64,000 nt of DNA, taken from positions 768,001 through 832,000 of the forward strand of contig JBDHZC010000001.1 of the NCBI GenBank assembly GCA_039811685.1. The letters run 5' to 3'. The notes beneath the pieces were generated by a model that searched no databases, was not told where the DNA came from, and saw only the letters and a program-made list of their open reading frames with translations. This document shows positions 26,029-35,903 of this stretch, piece by piece. Source of the stretch: Armatimonadota bacterium (GTDB taxonomy: Bacteria > Armatimonadota > UBA5829 > DSUL01). A program made the position numbers and the translations under genes. Within the stretch, counting starts at the first letter, position 1, and the number at the start of each line of letters is the position of its first letter.

Positions 26029-29000
26029 AGGAGCGTCTGAGCCGCAACTTCCCACCGCACGGCTACAACCCGCTGCACATGATCCACAGGTGGTCCATCG
26101 AGCACCCGTACGTGATCGCCTCCCTTTACGTATCGGCGCTTCTGATGGCGTGGATCAGCATGTCGCATATGCCACGCCGGTTTGCTCCGTATGTAGAAAG
26201 CCCGATGATTGGCGTGGTCACGATGATGCCCGGACTCTCGGCCGAGGACATGGAGCTCTACATCAGCAAGCCGATAGAAGAGCAACTCATCAATGTTCAG
26301 GGGCTGAGGTTCATCCGGTCAAACTCTCAGGATGGCTTCTCGATTGTGACACTGGAGTTCCCGTACGGGACGAACATGCAAAAGGCGATCGTGGATATCC
26401 AGTCGCTGATGAATGTCGTACAGTCCAATCTGCCACAAACGGGCGCGAACTTGAAGCCTTCCTGGGTAGTCCCCATTGACCCTCTCAATCTGCCGATTCT
26501 GTCACTCAGCCTGACCGGCGATGAGGCGGAAGGCTGGAATGAGGCAAAAATTCGAGAGTTTGCGGACAACACAGTTATCAACCGCCTGAAGGGACTGGAG
26601 CACGTGTACTCGGTTGTCCCGTTTGGAGGCTACCGGCGCCAGATTCAGGTTGTCGTCGATCGGGACAAATTGGGCGCTTATAAGTTCTCTATTCTGGACG
26701 TCAAGAACGCGATTGACCGGTTCAATGTCAGCCGCCCGGCCGGAATCTTGACAGAGGGTTCTGCAGAGGACATTGTCCGCGTTGACACACGCGCGGTCTC
26801 GGCGCAGGACGTGATGAACTATCCCATCACCCGCATCAGTAGCGACGCCGCCAGTGCATCCTCCGCACTGTCTCCAGGCCTGTCTTCTGTCTCTTCAGCT
26901 TCCCCACGGGTCGTGTATGTGCGGGACGTCGCCCGTGTCATTGACTCCCACTGGGAAAAGCGCAGCGGCTACCACTATATGAAGCACGAGCGAGGCAAGA
27001 GCGGAAGAGTCATTCCTTCGATTGAGGTCTCGGTCATTCAGAACCCTGGCGCGAGCTCGGCGCAAGTGGTCCCCGCAGTGATGGATGCGGTACGTCAGCT
27101 TGAGAACGAGAATCCGGGTCTCAAGTTCGAGGTAGCGTACGACAATGCGCACTTTGTAAACATCCTGTTCCACAACGTCTGGCACGAGCTGGGGCTTGCT
27201 ATTTTGCTGACCGGTATCGCCGTGTTACTCTTCCTTGGCGAATGGCGCGGTACGCTGATAGCGATGATCACGCTGCCGACCTCTCTGGCTCTGGCTGTTC
27301 TGATGATGACTGCTCTGGGAATGACGTTCAACAGCGGAACACTGATTGGCCTGCTGCTGTGTATCGGGCGGCTGGTTGACGACTCAATCATTGACATTCA
27401 CGCCGTTGAGCGCCATTTACGCATGGGCAAGGACGCAAAGACTGCGACCATTGACGGCATCGCCGAGGTGCGTGTCGCGGTTCTGGCTTCAACTCTGATG
27501 ATTGTCCTGGCGCTGACGCCGCTGCTGTTTGCTGGGGGTATCACTCAGCTTATGTTCGTCGAACTGGTGTGGCCGATCATCTTTGGTCTCCTGGCATCCA
27601 TGCTGGTTTCCTTTACGCTGACGGCGCTGTTGTGCGCAAAACTGCTGAGACACGACGAAGAAAGAGAAGCAGACCGCAACAGTCCTGCGGGACGGATTCT
27701 CTACAGGGTGCTAGACCCGGTACAGGGGTGGCTGGACAGGCTGGAAGCCGGATACGCACGGCTGATCAGGTGGCTGCTTCACCACAGGTTCATCAACTTC
27801 GCCCGCGTCATGGTGACAGTTGTCCTCGGGTTCACGTTCTACTACTTTCTGGGCAGTGAGATGATGCCTCTCGCTGACGTAGGGCAGGCGAATGGCTTCC
27901 TGGAGATGGCGCCGGGGACTTCCTATGCGCAGACAGAGCGCGCCGTGCATCAGCTCGAGAAAATCATGCTCAAGCATCCGGAGATAGAGAAAGCGAGCAT
28001 TGAGATCGGCTCCGAATCAATGTTTGAGTCTTTCACGCCCTTCTATACAGGCTACCAGATGCCACAGGTGAGCGGTGCGGCGATGATGCTGACTTTCAGC
28101 GACAAGGATTCGCGCCGCAAGACGATCTGGCAGGTGATGGACGCAGTGCAGAAAGAGGCGCTGGAGACTATCCCTGGAATCCGTAGGCTCCAAATCAAGG
28201 AGATGGGTTCCGACGTGATGGCTACTGCTGCTGCGCCTATCCACGTCAACATCTATGGTCCTGATCTGAAAGAGCTGGACCGCCTTGGGCGCGAGGTACT
28301 GAAGGTGGCCGAAAGGATGCCAGACGAAGTGTACCAGCCCGCGACAACCTGGTCACTGCAGCAACCGGAGTTTCAGGTGAAAGTGAATCCGGAAAGGGCC
28401 GCTGAGGTGGGATTGTCCCCGGAGAATATCTCAGAACAGGCGTATTACGCTCTCAGAGGTGGTCTGACGAGTGAGTTCCTTCGCGTTCCCAATCTGCGCC
28501 AGAGCACGATTCTGGTGCGCTATGAAGAAGACCAGCGGCAAAAACCTGGCGATCTCTCCCACCTCTATGTCACCTCAAGTGACGGGACACAGATTCCTCT
28601 TGAGAGCGTGGCAACCATCACGCGTAAGAAAGCGCCGACTGTTATCGAACACGACGGGCTCAAGCGGGTCATCGGAGTGACTGGCTACTACAGAATAGGC
28701 AGTCTTCCCTCAATGGACGTTGTGATGAATCTGGTGGCAAACGCGTACGGAGGCAACGAAAAGCTGGGAATTGAGCCCGTCAACTTTCCGCCGGGTTACG
28801 GCATGGAAATGCGCGGCGACATGACGCAGATGATGGACAGCTTCCGCCGGATGTTTCATGGTCTGGGGCTGGCAATTCTGTTTATGTATCTTGTGCTGGT
28901 GATGCAGTTCCGCGGATTCCTGCAACCGCTGCAGATGATAGCCTCATTGCCACTGGAGCTTGCGGGAGTCTTTGTTGCGCTGTTCATTGCGCACCAGTCA

Positions 29001-29453
29001 TTCTCAACAGTATCAATTCTGGGTATCATCGTCCTCACAGGCATGGACATTACGACGGCCATCCTGTTGATTGACATGATCATGAAGTACCGCGACAAAG
29101 GGATGGCGCGCGACGAAGCCATCGTACAGGCGTGCCCACAGCGGCTGCGTCCGATATTGATGACAGCGGGAATAGCGCTGATTGTCCTTCTGCCGGTTGC
29201 GGTGGCGCCAAAAACCGGGCTGGACGCCTATCAGCCGCTGGCGACAGCCGTTGTCGGAGGACTGCTGGTAGGCACAATCCTCAGCCTGTTTGATATTCCG
29301 ATCATGCACACCTACGTTGACGATTTTATCGTGTGGCTCAACCGGACATTTCTCAACAGAGAGTGGCACTGGCCGGTTACGGAGTCACCGGACGACCCGT
29401 CTTTGTACGATACGAGCAAATCCACGGGTTCTCAAGAACCCGAATCACCGTGA
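26025..29453 (+). CDS. RND family efflux pump permease (AcrB/CusA superfamily), probably for metal efflux
   Basis: PGLSAEDME...KPIEEQL, VDDSII, RLRPILMT, 12-TM architecture, Met-rich segments; GTGA overlap with the adaptor gene. Confidence 0.92.
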   Translation: MKERLSRNFPPHGYNPLHMIHRWSIEHPYVIASLYVSALLMAWISMSHMPRRFAPYVESPMIGVVTMMPGLSAEDMELYISKPIEEQLINVQGLRFIRSNSQDGFSIVTLEFPYGTNMQKAIVDIQSLMNVVQSNLPQTGANLKPSWVVPIDPLNLPILSLSLTGDEAEGWNEAKIREFADNTVINRLKGLEHVYSVVPFGGYRRQIQVVVDRDKLGAYKFSILDVKNAIDRFNVSRPAGILTEGSAEDIVRVDTRAVSAQDVMNYPITRISSDAASASSALSPGLSSVSSASPRVVYVRDVARVIDSHWEKRSGYHYMKHERGKSGRVIPSIEVSVIQNPGASSAQVVPAVMDAVRQLENENPGLKFEVAYDNAHFVNILFHNVWHELGLAILLTGIAVLLFLGEWRGTLIAMITLPTSLALAVLMMTALGMTFNSGTLIGLLLCIGRLVDDSIIDIHAVERHLRMGKDAKTATIDGIAEVRVAVLASTLMIVLALTPLLFAGGITQLMFVELVWPIIFGLLASMLVSFTLTALLCAKLLRHDEEREADRNSPAGRILYRVLDPVQGWLDRLEAGYARLIRWLLHHRFINFARVMVTVVLGFTFYYFLGSEMMPLADVGQANGFLEMAPGTSYAQTERAVHQLEKIMLKHPEIEKASIEIGSESMFESFTPFYTGYQMPQVSGAAMMLTFSDKDSRRKTIWQVMDAVQKEALETIPGIRRLQIKEMGSDVMATAAAPIHVNIYGPDLKELDRLGREVLKVAERMPDEVYQPATTWSLQQPEFQVKVNPERAAEVGLSPENISEQAYYALRGGLTSEFLRVPNLRQSTILVRYEEDQRQKPGDLSHLYVTSSDGTQIPLESVATITRKKAPTVIEHDGLKRVIGVTGYYRIGSLPSMDVVMNLVANAYGGNEKLGIEPVNFPPGYGMEMRGDMTQMMDSFRRMFHGLGLAILFMYLVLVMQFRGFLQPLQMIASLPLELAGVFVALFIAHQSFSTVSILGIIVLTGMDITTAILLIDMIMKYRDKGMARDEAIVQACPQRLRPILMTAGIALIVLLPVAVAPKTGLDAYQPLATAVVGGLLVGTILSLFDIPIMHTYVDDFIVWLNRTFLNREWHWPVTESPDDPSLYDTSKSTGSQEPESP

Positions 29454-29471
29454 ATCGAAAGGTAAAAAACA

Positions 29472-29843
29472 ATGAGAAAACATCTCACTCTGATGGCAGC
29501 CTGTGCAGCAATCATTGGCGCTGCAGCTTTTACGGCGGGCACTTTGAACGCCGAGGCAAAAGCGGCGAAAGACCCTCCCAAAGTGCAGACCGCGCAGGTG
29601 ACAGTGACCGCGGATGGCTATGAACCGTCCACGCTCAACCTCAAGAAGGACGTGCGCGCGAAGATCACTTTCACCCGAAAAGTGGACAGCGAATGCGCGT
29701 CCGAAGTGGTGTTTCCCGATTACAAAGTCCGCAAAAAGCTCCCTCTCAACAAGCCCGTCGTTGTCGAGTTCACTCCTAAGGCCGGAACCTTCAAGTTCAC
29801 CTGTGGGATGGGCATGTACAAGGGCAAGCTGGTGGTCAAATAG
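29472..29843 (+). CDS. Periplasmic cupredoxin-domain protein (CupA-like Cu chaperone)
   Basis: Signal peptide; ECASEVVFP...FTCGMGMYKGKLVVK; paralogous to the adaptor C-terminal domain. Confidence 0.85.
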   Translation: MRKHLTLMAACAAIIGAAAFTAGTLNAEAKAAKDPPKVQTAQVTVTADGYEPSTLNLKKDVRAKITFTRKVDSECASEVVFPDYKVRKKLPLNKPVVVEFTPKAGTFKFTCGMGMYKGKLVVK

Positions 29844-29887
29844 CAAACTCACCAGGCCGAGAGTTGCCGGAGAAAGGACAATACACT

Positions 29888-31360
29888 GTGAGGCACTGCA
29901 GTCGTCTGGCGCTGGCAGCGATGCTTGCGCTATCGACAGGTTGTAGCCTGTCTGCGCAAACTGACCTGCCAGCAAAGGAGATACGTCCTCTGCTCAACGG
30001 ACCTGTAACCCTAAGCGAGGCCGTGGAGACAGCGCTGCAGATGAGCCCGCTCGTGCGCGGCTCTGCGGCAGATGTAGAGGCGGCTCAGGCGCGCCTCAGA
30101 GCAGCCCGCGCGCAGACACGCCCCTGGGCTTCCATCACAGCATTGTCCTCTGGTGGAAGTATGGGCAGCATTGTCTCAACTCCCATGAGCGTGCAGCCTT
30201 CGATGGCAATGAGCGTTCCGGACGGACGCTTTTCCGCTGGAAACCTGATGGTGATGTATCCACTCCTCACCGGTGGCAGGCTCTCAGCAGGAACAAGAAG
30301 CGCTATCGCCCAGAGCGCTGCGGCATCACAGGACCTGGAGACCCGGCAGCAGGATGTCGTCCTGACAGCACGCAACGCCTACCATGAAGTGATCGCGAGG
30401 AAATCTCTTGTTGAGGTCGCACAGGCTCGCTTGCGCGAAGACGAGGAGCGTCTGCGGCTCGACCGCGTGCGGCTTCAACAGGAGCAAATTCCATCCTACT
30501 ACATTCAGAGAGGAGAGGCAGAAGTCGCCTCCACTCAGCAGGCGCTGACGAACGCCAAGCGAGACGTCGAACTGGCGCTCATTGCGCTGAAGACTGTGAT
30601 CGGTCTGGATCCAGCTTCGAAAATTGATGTCCAGGGAGCGCTCGACTTCACCCCGAGCGATGAGATTATCCGTAGAATCATTGCCCCGTCGGCTGCGGCT
30701 GGCAGCGATGAGAGGCTTCAGGCGCTGCTGGCAACCGCGCGAAGCCACCGGCCGGAAATAGAGGCCGCTGAGCAGCGAGAGGCAGCCAGCCGCGCACTGA
30801 TCCAGGCCGCTCGCGGAGAGTTCAGTCCACAGGTAAACCTGTTTGGGTCCGGAGATATTATGGATAGACCCTCAATGGATTCAAGAGGAGGTGTCACCTT
30901 CGGCATTGTCGCTTCAGTCCCCCTCTACAACGGCGGAGAACGCAGCGCACAGGTGGCAGAGACCAAAGCCGAGCACAGAAAACAGCGCGAACAGCAGGCT
31001 CAGGTGGAGCTGCAGATTGCGCAGGAGGTGCAGTCGGCGCTTGTAAGCCTGCTGGCAGCAGAACAAAACGTCACAACGGCGCAAAAAGCGGTGGACGCGG
31101 CAAAGGCGGAATACGAAGCGGCTCAGAAGCGCTATGAAGTCGGACGCAGTGTTGTCGTCGAAGTTCTGGACTCGGTCACCGCCAAAGTCAGAGCCGAGAC
31201 CAACGTCGTTCAGGCGCTGTACGAATACAATCTCGCGCAGGACGCCCTGAGGCGCGCTACCGGTGTTATTGAGACTTCAGAGTCTGAAGAGTCACTGGCT
31301 AGTACTGAACCGTCTCCCGCCGCAGCAAGCGCAGCGAAAAGAGAACAGCCAGCAGAGTGA
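29888..31360 (+). CDS. TolC-family outer membrane efflux protein
   Basis: TLSEAVETAL...SP, YPLLTGGR, HRPEI, VPLYNGG, RYEVG; GTG 29888 chosen for SD AAAGGA. Confidence 0.88.
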   Translation: MRHCSRLALAAMLALSTGCSLSAQTDLPAKEIRPLLNGPVTLSEAVETALQMSPLVRGSAADVEAAQARLRAARAQTRPWASITALSSGGSMGSIVSTPMSVQPSMAMSVPDGRFSAGNLMVMYPLLTGGRLSAGTRSAIAQSAAASQDLETRQQDVVLTARNAYHEVIARKSLVEVAQARLREDEERLRLDRVRLQQEQIPSYYIQRGEAEVASTQQALTNAKRDVELALIALKTVIGLDPASKIDVQGALDFTPSDEIIRRIIAPSAAAGSDERLQALLATARSHRPEIEAAEQREAASRALIQAARGEFSPQVNLFGSGDIMDRPSMDSRGGVTFGIVASVPLYNGGERSAQVAETKAEHRKQREQQAQVELQIAQEVQSALVSLLAAEQNVTTAQKAVDAAKAEYEAAQKRYEVGRSVVVEVLDSVTAKVRAETNVVQALYEYNLAQDALRRATGVIETSESEESLASTEPSPAAASAAKREQPAE

Positions 31361-32180
31361 TGACGAACCCTACTGCAGCTACAGCCGCGGCATAGCCGAA
31401 TTGGCTGTCAGCGAATCCCTTCTGGTACAGATAGGTCAGGAGCACGTCCGTAGAGGAGTTGCTCTGATTCTGATTCATCACGTAAACCAACCCGAAGACG
31501 TTGAGCGCGTGAATGATGAGGTAGAGCACGCCGAGCTTGAACACCTCCCAGACGAGCGGGAAGGTGATGTAGCGAAATCTAAGAATTCCGGTAGCCCCGT
31601 CTATCTCAGCAGCCTCGTTGAAAGCCTGAGGAATGTTCCGGATTCCTGCGGCGAACAGCAGAATGTAGAACCCCAGAGCAGCCCAGATGTTGACAGCGAT
31701 GATCGCGAAAAGGGATGTGGACCCCGCCAGCCACGTTTGTTTCAGTGCCCCCAGCCCAATTAGCCCGAGAGCAGCATTCAGCAATCCCGCATCGCGGTCG
31801 TAGATGAAAAACCACAGGCTCGCAACCGCCACCACAGTGATAACGTTGGGGAACAGATAGACAGCCAGGAAGAAACCTGCGCCCCGAATACGGGATGACA
31901 ACACGGAGGCGACGAACAGCCCGGCCGGCAGCATAACCGCCGCTCCAACTACGAGAAAAAGCAGGTTGTGCATCAGGTACCGGGTGAACTCGGGCGGCTG
32001 TTCCGTGAAAAGCTGTCTGTAGTTTTGCAGCCCAATGAACGTCTTGCGCGCTGAGAGGCCACTCCACTCGTACAGCGACAGATGGAAAGACTGCGCCATC
32101 GGGTACAGCACAAAGAGCCCGTACAGCAGCACTGCCGGCAAAAGCATCAGGGCTATGAAGGTTGTTCTACCTTTTTGCAT
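31299..32180 (-). CDS. Carbohydrate ABC transporter permease
   Basis: FIGLQNY, EAA motif EAAEIDGA, FRYITFP, FGYAAA; start taken as ATG 32180 (MQKGRT), uncertain. Confidence 0.85.
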   Translation of the reverse strand: MQKGRTTFIALMLLPAVLLYGLFVLYPMAQSFHLSLYEWSGLSARKTFIGLQNYRQLFTEQPPEFTRYLMHNLLFLVVGAAVMLPAGLFVASVLSSRIRGAGFFLAVYLFPNVITVVAVASLWFFIYDRDAGLLNAALGLIGLGALKQTWLAGSTSLFAIIAVNIWAALGFYILLFAAGIRNIPQAFNEAAEIDGATGILRFRYITFPLVWEVFKLGVLYLIIHALNVFGLVYVMNQNQSNSSTDVLLTYLYQKGFADSQFGYAAAVAAVGFVITLLAVLFSLRLLRRETVQY

Positions 32181-32583
32181 CCACTTGGGATATTGGACGC
32201 CAGGCGCCCAGCTCCCTGCGCCATAGGCCACAGTGCCAACCTGGCACTTCTTACAGTTTTTGCAGCGGCAGGTTTCACCCCAGTTGCGCGCCGGGTATTT
32301 TTTGTGTGAGGCTGCGTGCGACAGACGCGTAGCCAAACATAGCTGAGGCGTCCAGGCCAATTTGTCTCTAAGACGAAAGCACGCCCACTATGTCCGCCCA
32401 TAATGTTCCATCTGTGCGACTGAGTATAGCTACGCCCACATATATAGCGTCAGCGCACGCGTCCAACCGAGTATTTCTGCCTATAGTGTGGACATGCTAG
32501 CTTGATGATTCAACGCGAGGACAGAACCGATCTGGGAACTAATTGGACACTTTCGAGCCGAAACGAACCACTTCTTCACACAC

Positions 32584-34542
32584 ATGAACACTCCTCACTC
32601 ATCGCATGAGACTGATGATCCGTTCGAAAATGCGGACGAGACACTTGCGCTCTCCATTGTAGACGCGCTGCCGGAAGCGGCTTTTGTTACAGACCCTCTC
32701 GGACAGATCGAGTTTTGCAACGAGCGCGCCAGGACACATTTCGGCGCACCTCCGGCGGACATCCTTTCCATCTTGAAGCAACGCACGCATCCGGACGACC
32801 TGGCAGAACTGCTGGAGGGCTGGCAACGAGCGATTGACACCGATTCGCCTCTTGACACTGAGTTTCGCCTCCTGCAGCCGGCAGGCGAAATCTATCGCAT
32901 CCAGCATCTGCAGTTCAATCCTATCAAGGACAGAAAAGGACAGGTGACCAGATGGCTCGGAATGGTCACGGACATTCACGATAGACAGCGCCTGGAAGCG
33001 GTGCGACGATTTCTGACTCAGCTTGCCTCGCTGCCACAGAGCTTTGGGCGGGGGTCGCAGACACTGACCGAAGCAGCGCGTCTGGCTGTCGCAACTATTG
33101 CGGATTGGTGCATTATTTATCTGACGGACGCAAACGGGGCCGTACGCCATATTGAGGCGGCGCACAGTGAGTTCGTAAAGTACGACTGGACAGGTGAGTC
33201 AGGCAGCCCGTCCTCCGTGGAGCACGACCTGCCCGCGGGAATCTTCAGCGTATGGCATTCAGGATCACCTGAGATACGTTCAGACGTCCACGATGAGGAT
33301 CTGAGAGCTCTGGCTCACAACGAAGAAGAGTTGCGGACTCTGCGTGAAGCGGGTGTGACGTCGCTGATGGTTTGGCCTCTGAAAGCACAGGGCAATGTGG
33401 TGGGCGCGGTTCTTCTTGCATCAAGCCAGCGCGGGCACAAGTATGACTCCACAGATATGGAGATTGCCGGAGCGCTGGCGGAGTGGATTGCTGCCGCAAT
33501 TGAAGCCGCGCGCTTACTCCATAGCAAAGACGACGAGATTGCGCGACATACTTTGGAGCAGGCGAGGCTGCTGGAGCGCGAGCAACGCTTTCAGGCGATG
33601 GCAGACGCGGCGCCTGTGTTGCTGTGGATGACTGATACAAACGGGGATTTCAGGCACTTCAACAACTCATGGCTTGAGTTTCGAGGCAGGACACTGGCGC
33701 AGGAAGAAAAGTCGGGCTGGACGCAGGGAGTCTACCCGGCCGATCTGGCGCTGTGGAAACAGTCCTTCGCCAACCATTTTAAGCGCCGTCAACCACTGCG
33801 CACGGAGTTTCGGTTGAGGCGCAGCGACGGAGAATACCGCTGGATGCTCAGCTCCGGACGAGCGCGTTACGCATCAGACGGGGCTTTCCTCGGGTACATC
33901 GGCTCCTGCGTTGATATAACCGCACACAAAGCTGCGGAGGAAGAGAACGCGGCTCTGCTTCATCAGATACAGAACGCGGCGCAGCACGAAAGAGAGTTCC
34001 TCCGGGATGTTCTGGCCAGCATGACGCAGGGGCGCGTGATACTGTGCGACACAGCCGCAGACCTTCCACTCCGGCTTGTCACCTGTGACGGAGAGATAGA
34101 TCTGGCGCCTCCAACTCTGCGTGTGTTGCGTGAGCACACAGAAAGAGCCTCACTCACAGCCGGGCTGCCTCAAGATCGCTGGGAAGATTTTATCACCGCC
34201 GTAGGGGAAGCCGCACTCAATGCTGTTATGCATGCGGGTGGCGGTATAGCTCACATTTACGCGCGGGCTGGCACGGTGCAGGTGTGGGTTGAGGACACTG
34301 GCGGAGGGATCGCTGTTGAAAAGCTCCCGAGGGCGACACTGGAGCGCGGCTATACAACCGCAGGGAGCTTCGGTCACGGGTTTTGGCTAATGCTTGAAAT
34401 GGCGGACAGAATCTGGCTCTTGACCGGCCCTACCGGCACGACAGTTGTGCTGGAACAATACTGCGCTCCTCCGGAGCCTGGCTGGCTTCAAGCGAAAAGT
34501 AACTCCGTTGCCACTTTCGGACCAATGCAGCCGGGCGCCTGA
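32584..34542 (+). CDS. PAS-GAF-PAS sensor fused to an anti-sigma-factor-type ATPase/kinase (HATPase_c_2) domain
   Basis: PAS/PAC (HPDD, WLGMVTDIHD; GEYRW...YIGSCVDIT), GAF (ADWC...LMVWPL), C-terminal AVGEAALNAVMHAGGG, EDTGGGI, GHGF; no HisKA H-box seen. Confidence 0.8.
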   Translation: MNTPHSSHETDDPFENADETLALSIVDALPEAAFVTDPLGQIEFCNERARTHFGAPPADILSILKQRTHPDDLAELLEGWQRAIDTDSPLDTEFRLLQPAGEIYRIQHLQFNPIKDRKGQVTRWLGMVTDIHDRQRLEAVRRFLTQLASLPQSFGRGSQTLTEAARLAVATIADWCIIYLTDANGAVRHIEAAHSEFVKYDWTGESGSPSSVEHDLPAGIFSVWHSGSPEIRSDVHDEDLRALAHNEEELRTLREAGVTSLMVWPLKAQGNVVGAVLLASSQRGHKYDSTDMEIAGALAEWIAAAIEAARLLHSKDDEIARHTLEQARLLEREQRFQAMADAAPVLLWMTDTNGDFRHFNNSWLEFRGRTLAQEEKSGWTQGVYPADLALWKQSFANHFKRRQPLRTEFRLRRSDGEYRWMLSSGRARYASDGAFLGYIGSCVDITAHKAAEEENAALLHQIQNAAQHEREFLRDVLASMTQGRVILCDTAADLPLRLVTCDGEIDLAPPTLRVLREHTERASLTAGLPQDRWEDFITAVGEAALNAVMHAGGGIAHIYARAGTVQVWVEDTGGGIAVEKLPRATLERGYTTAGSFGHGFWLMLEMADRIWLLTGPTGTTVVLEQYCAPPEPGWLQAKSNSVATFGPMQPGA

Positions 34543-34678
34543 CGTCGCGCGAGTAATGCGCCGGAACTGATACCTTCACCGCTCACTGTGGAAAAACCAG
34601 AAGGCTTCAGAACGCACGGAGGCACACAGAGACCGAGGGCGAAACTCCTTGCCCGCGCACAGCGTATAGCCAATAGCT

Positions 34679-35308
34679 ATGTTGCAACAAAGCATTCAAT
34701 GGATTTGCTGGAATATCTACCTCGCAGTCATCCCGGTTATTCTGGGTTACGTGCTGGCGCGTCTGATTTCGCAGAGGCGACAGCGAGTTGTCCCGATGGG
34801 AATAGTCGCACTGGTGGGGGTGGCATGGCTGGCTTTTCTGCCCAACAGCTGCTACCTTCTCACGGAATGGCGGCACTTTCTGGATACTCTTTACTTTGGC
34901 GGACTCTACCACGAAGCCCGGCTCAGTCCGGACGGCGCTATGCGTTTTCTCGCCTACACCGCATTTTACGCGCTCTACAGCGGGTGCGGTATGGTCTGTT
35001 TCGCACTGTCGATTCGGCCACTTGCGCGCGTACTTCGCACGCGCGGCGTGAACGTGGTGCTGCCGGGCATCGCGCTGTTCTTACTGGTGGCGCTCGGGGT
35101 TTATCTCGGGCTCATCTTGAGATACAATAGCTGGGATATTGTCGCGCGCCCCGGTGTCATTGCCGCCTCAATCGCCAACGTACTCAGCCGTCCGCGCCTG
35201 GGCATGGTGATTGTGGGATTCGCTGCTTTTCTGTGGATAGCCTACAGCGCCATAGATATCTGGATTGATGGCTTTTCTCAGCGAATTAGCTCTCGCACCG
35301 TCACGTGA
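34679..35308 (+). CDS. DUF1361 family membrane protein
   Basis: WNIYLAVIP, WLAFLPNSCYLLTE, GVYLG...RYNSWD. Confidence 0.85.
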   Translation: MLQQSIQWICWNIYLAVIPVILGYVLARLISQRRQRVVPMGIVALVGVAWLAFLPNSCYLLTEWRHFLDTLYFGGLYHEARLSPDGAMRFLAYTAFYALYSGCGMVCFALSIRPLARVLRTRGVNVVLPGIALFLLVALGVYLGLILRYNSWDIVARPGVIAASIANVLSRPRLGMVIVGFAAFLWIAYSAIDIWIDGFSQRISSRTVT

Positions 35309-35342
35309 GTCTGATACCACAACCGTCTCTCAGGAGGAGAGT

Positions 35343-35903
35343 ATGCACGAGCGCCAGCTACGAATGGTGCGTCCAAACTTCGATACCCTGCCCGGCATTG
35401 CTTTACCCGATGATATTACGATACGAACTTACAGGGAAGGTGATGAAGCGCTGTGGGCAAGCATTGTCAATACCGGGCTCGGCGGCAGCCACACAGAGCA
35501 CTCTGCGCATCAAGAGCTGACTGATCGCCTGCAGTTCGACCCGGCAGGGCTGTTTTTTGCTGTTCTAGACGGGGAGGCGGTGGGAACGGCGTGTGCGTGG
35601 CGCGAACGGCCCGAAGAGTGCGAGGTCGGCTACGTCCACATGGTCTGTGTTCGGCCAGAAGCGCAGGGGCGTGGCCTGGGTTATCTCTTGACCCTGCACG
35701 TTCTGCACTACTTCCGCGACCGCGGATTCAGCAGCGCGATTCTGGATACGGATGATTTCCGTATTCCGGCCATCAAGAGCTACTTGCGACTGGGTTTCCG
35801 GCCGCGCTATTTTGATCTGAGCCATGCCGAGCGCTGGGAGCGTTTGGCGCAGGACGCTGGGCTTGCGCTACCAGAAGAGGTGGCTGAAGCCGTTCTGATC
35901 TAG
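35343..35903 (+). CDS. GNAT family N-acetyltransferase
   Basis: VCVRPEAQGRGLG, AIKSYLRLGF; ATG 35343 with SD AGGAGGAG. Confidence 0.88.
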   Translation: MHERQLRMVRPNFDTLPGIALPDDITIRTYREGDEALWASIVNTGLGGSHTEHSAHQELTDRLQFDPAGLFFAVLDGEAVGTACAWRERPEECEVGYVHMVCVRPEAQGRGLGYLLTLHVLHYFRDRGFSSAILDTDDFRIPAIKSYLRLGFRPRYFDLSHAERWERLAQDAGLALPEEVAEAVLI

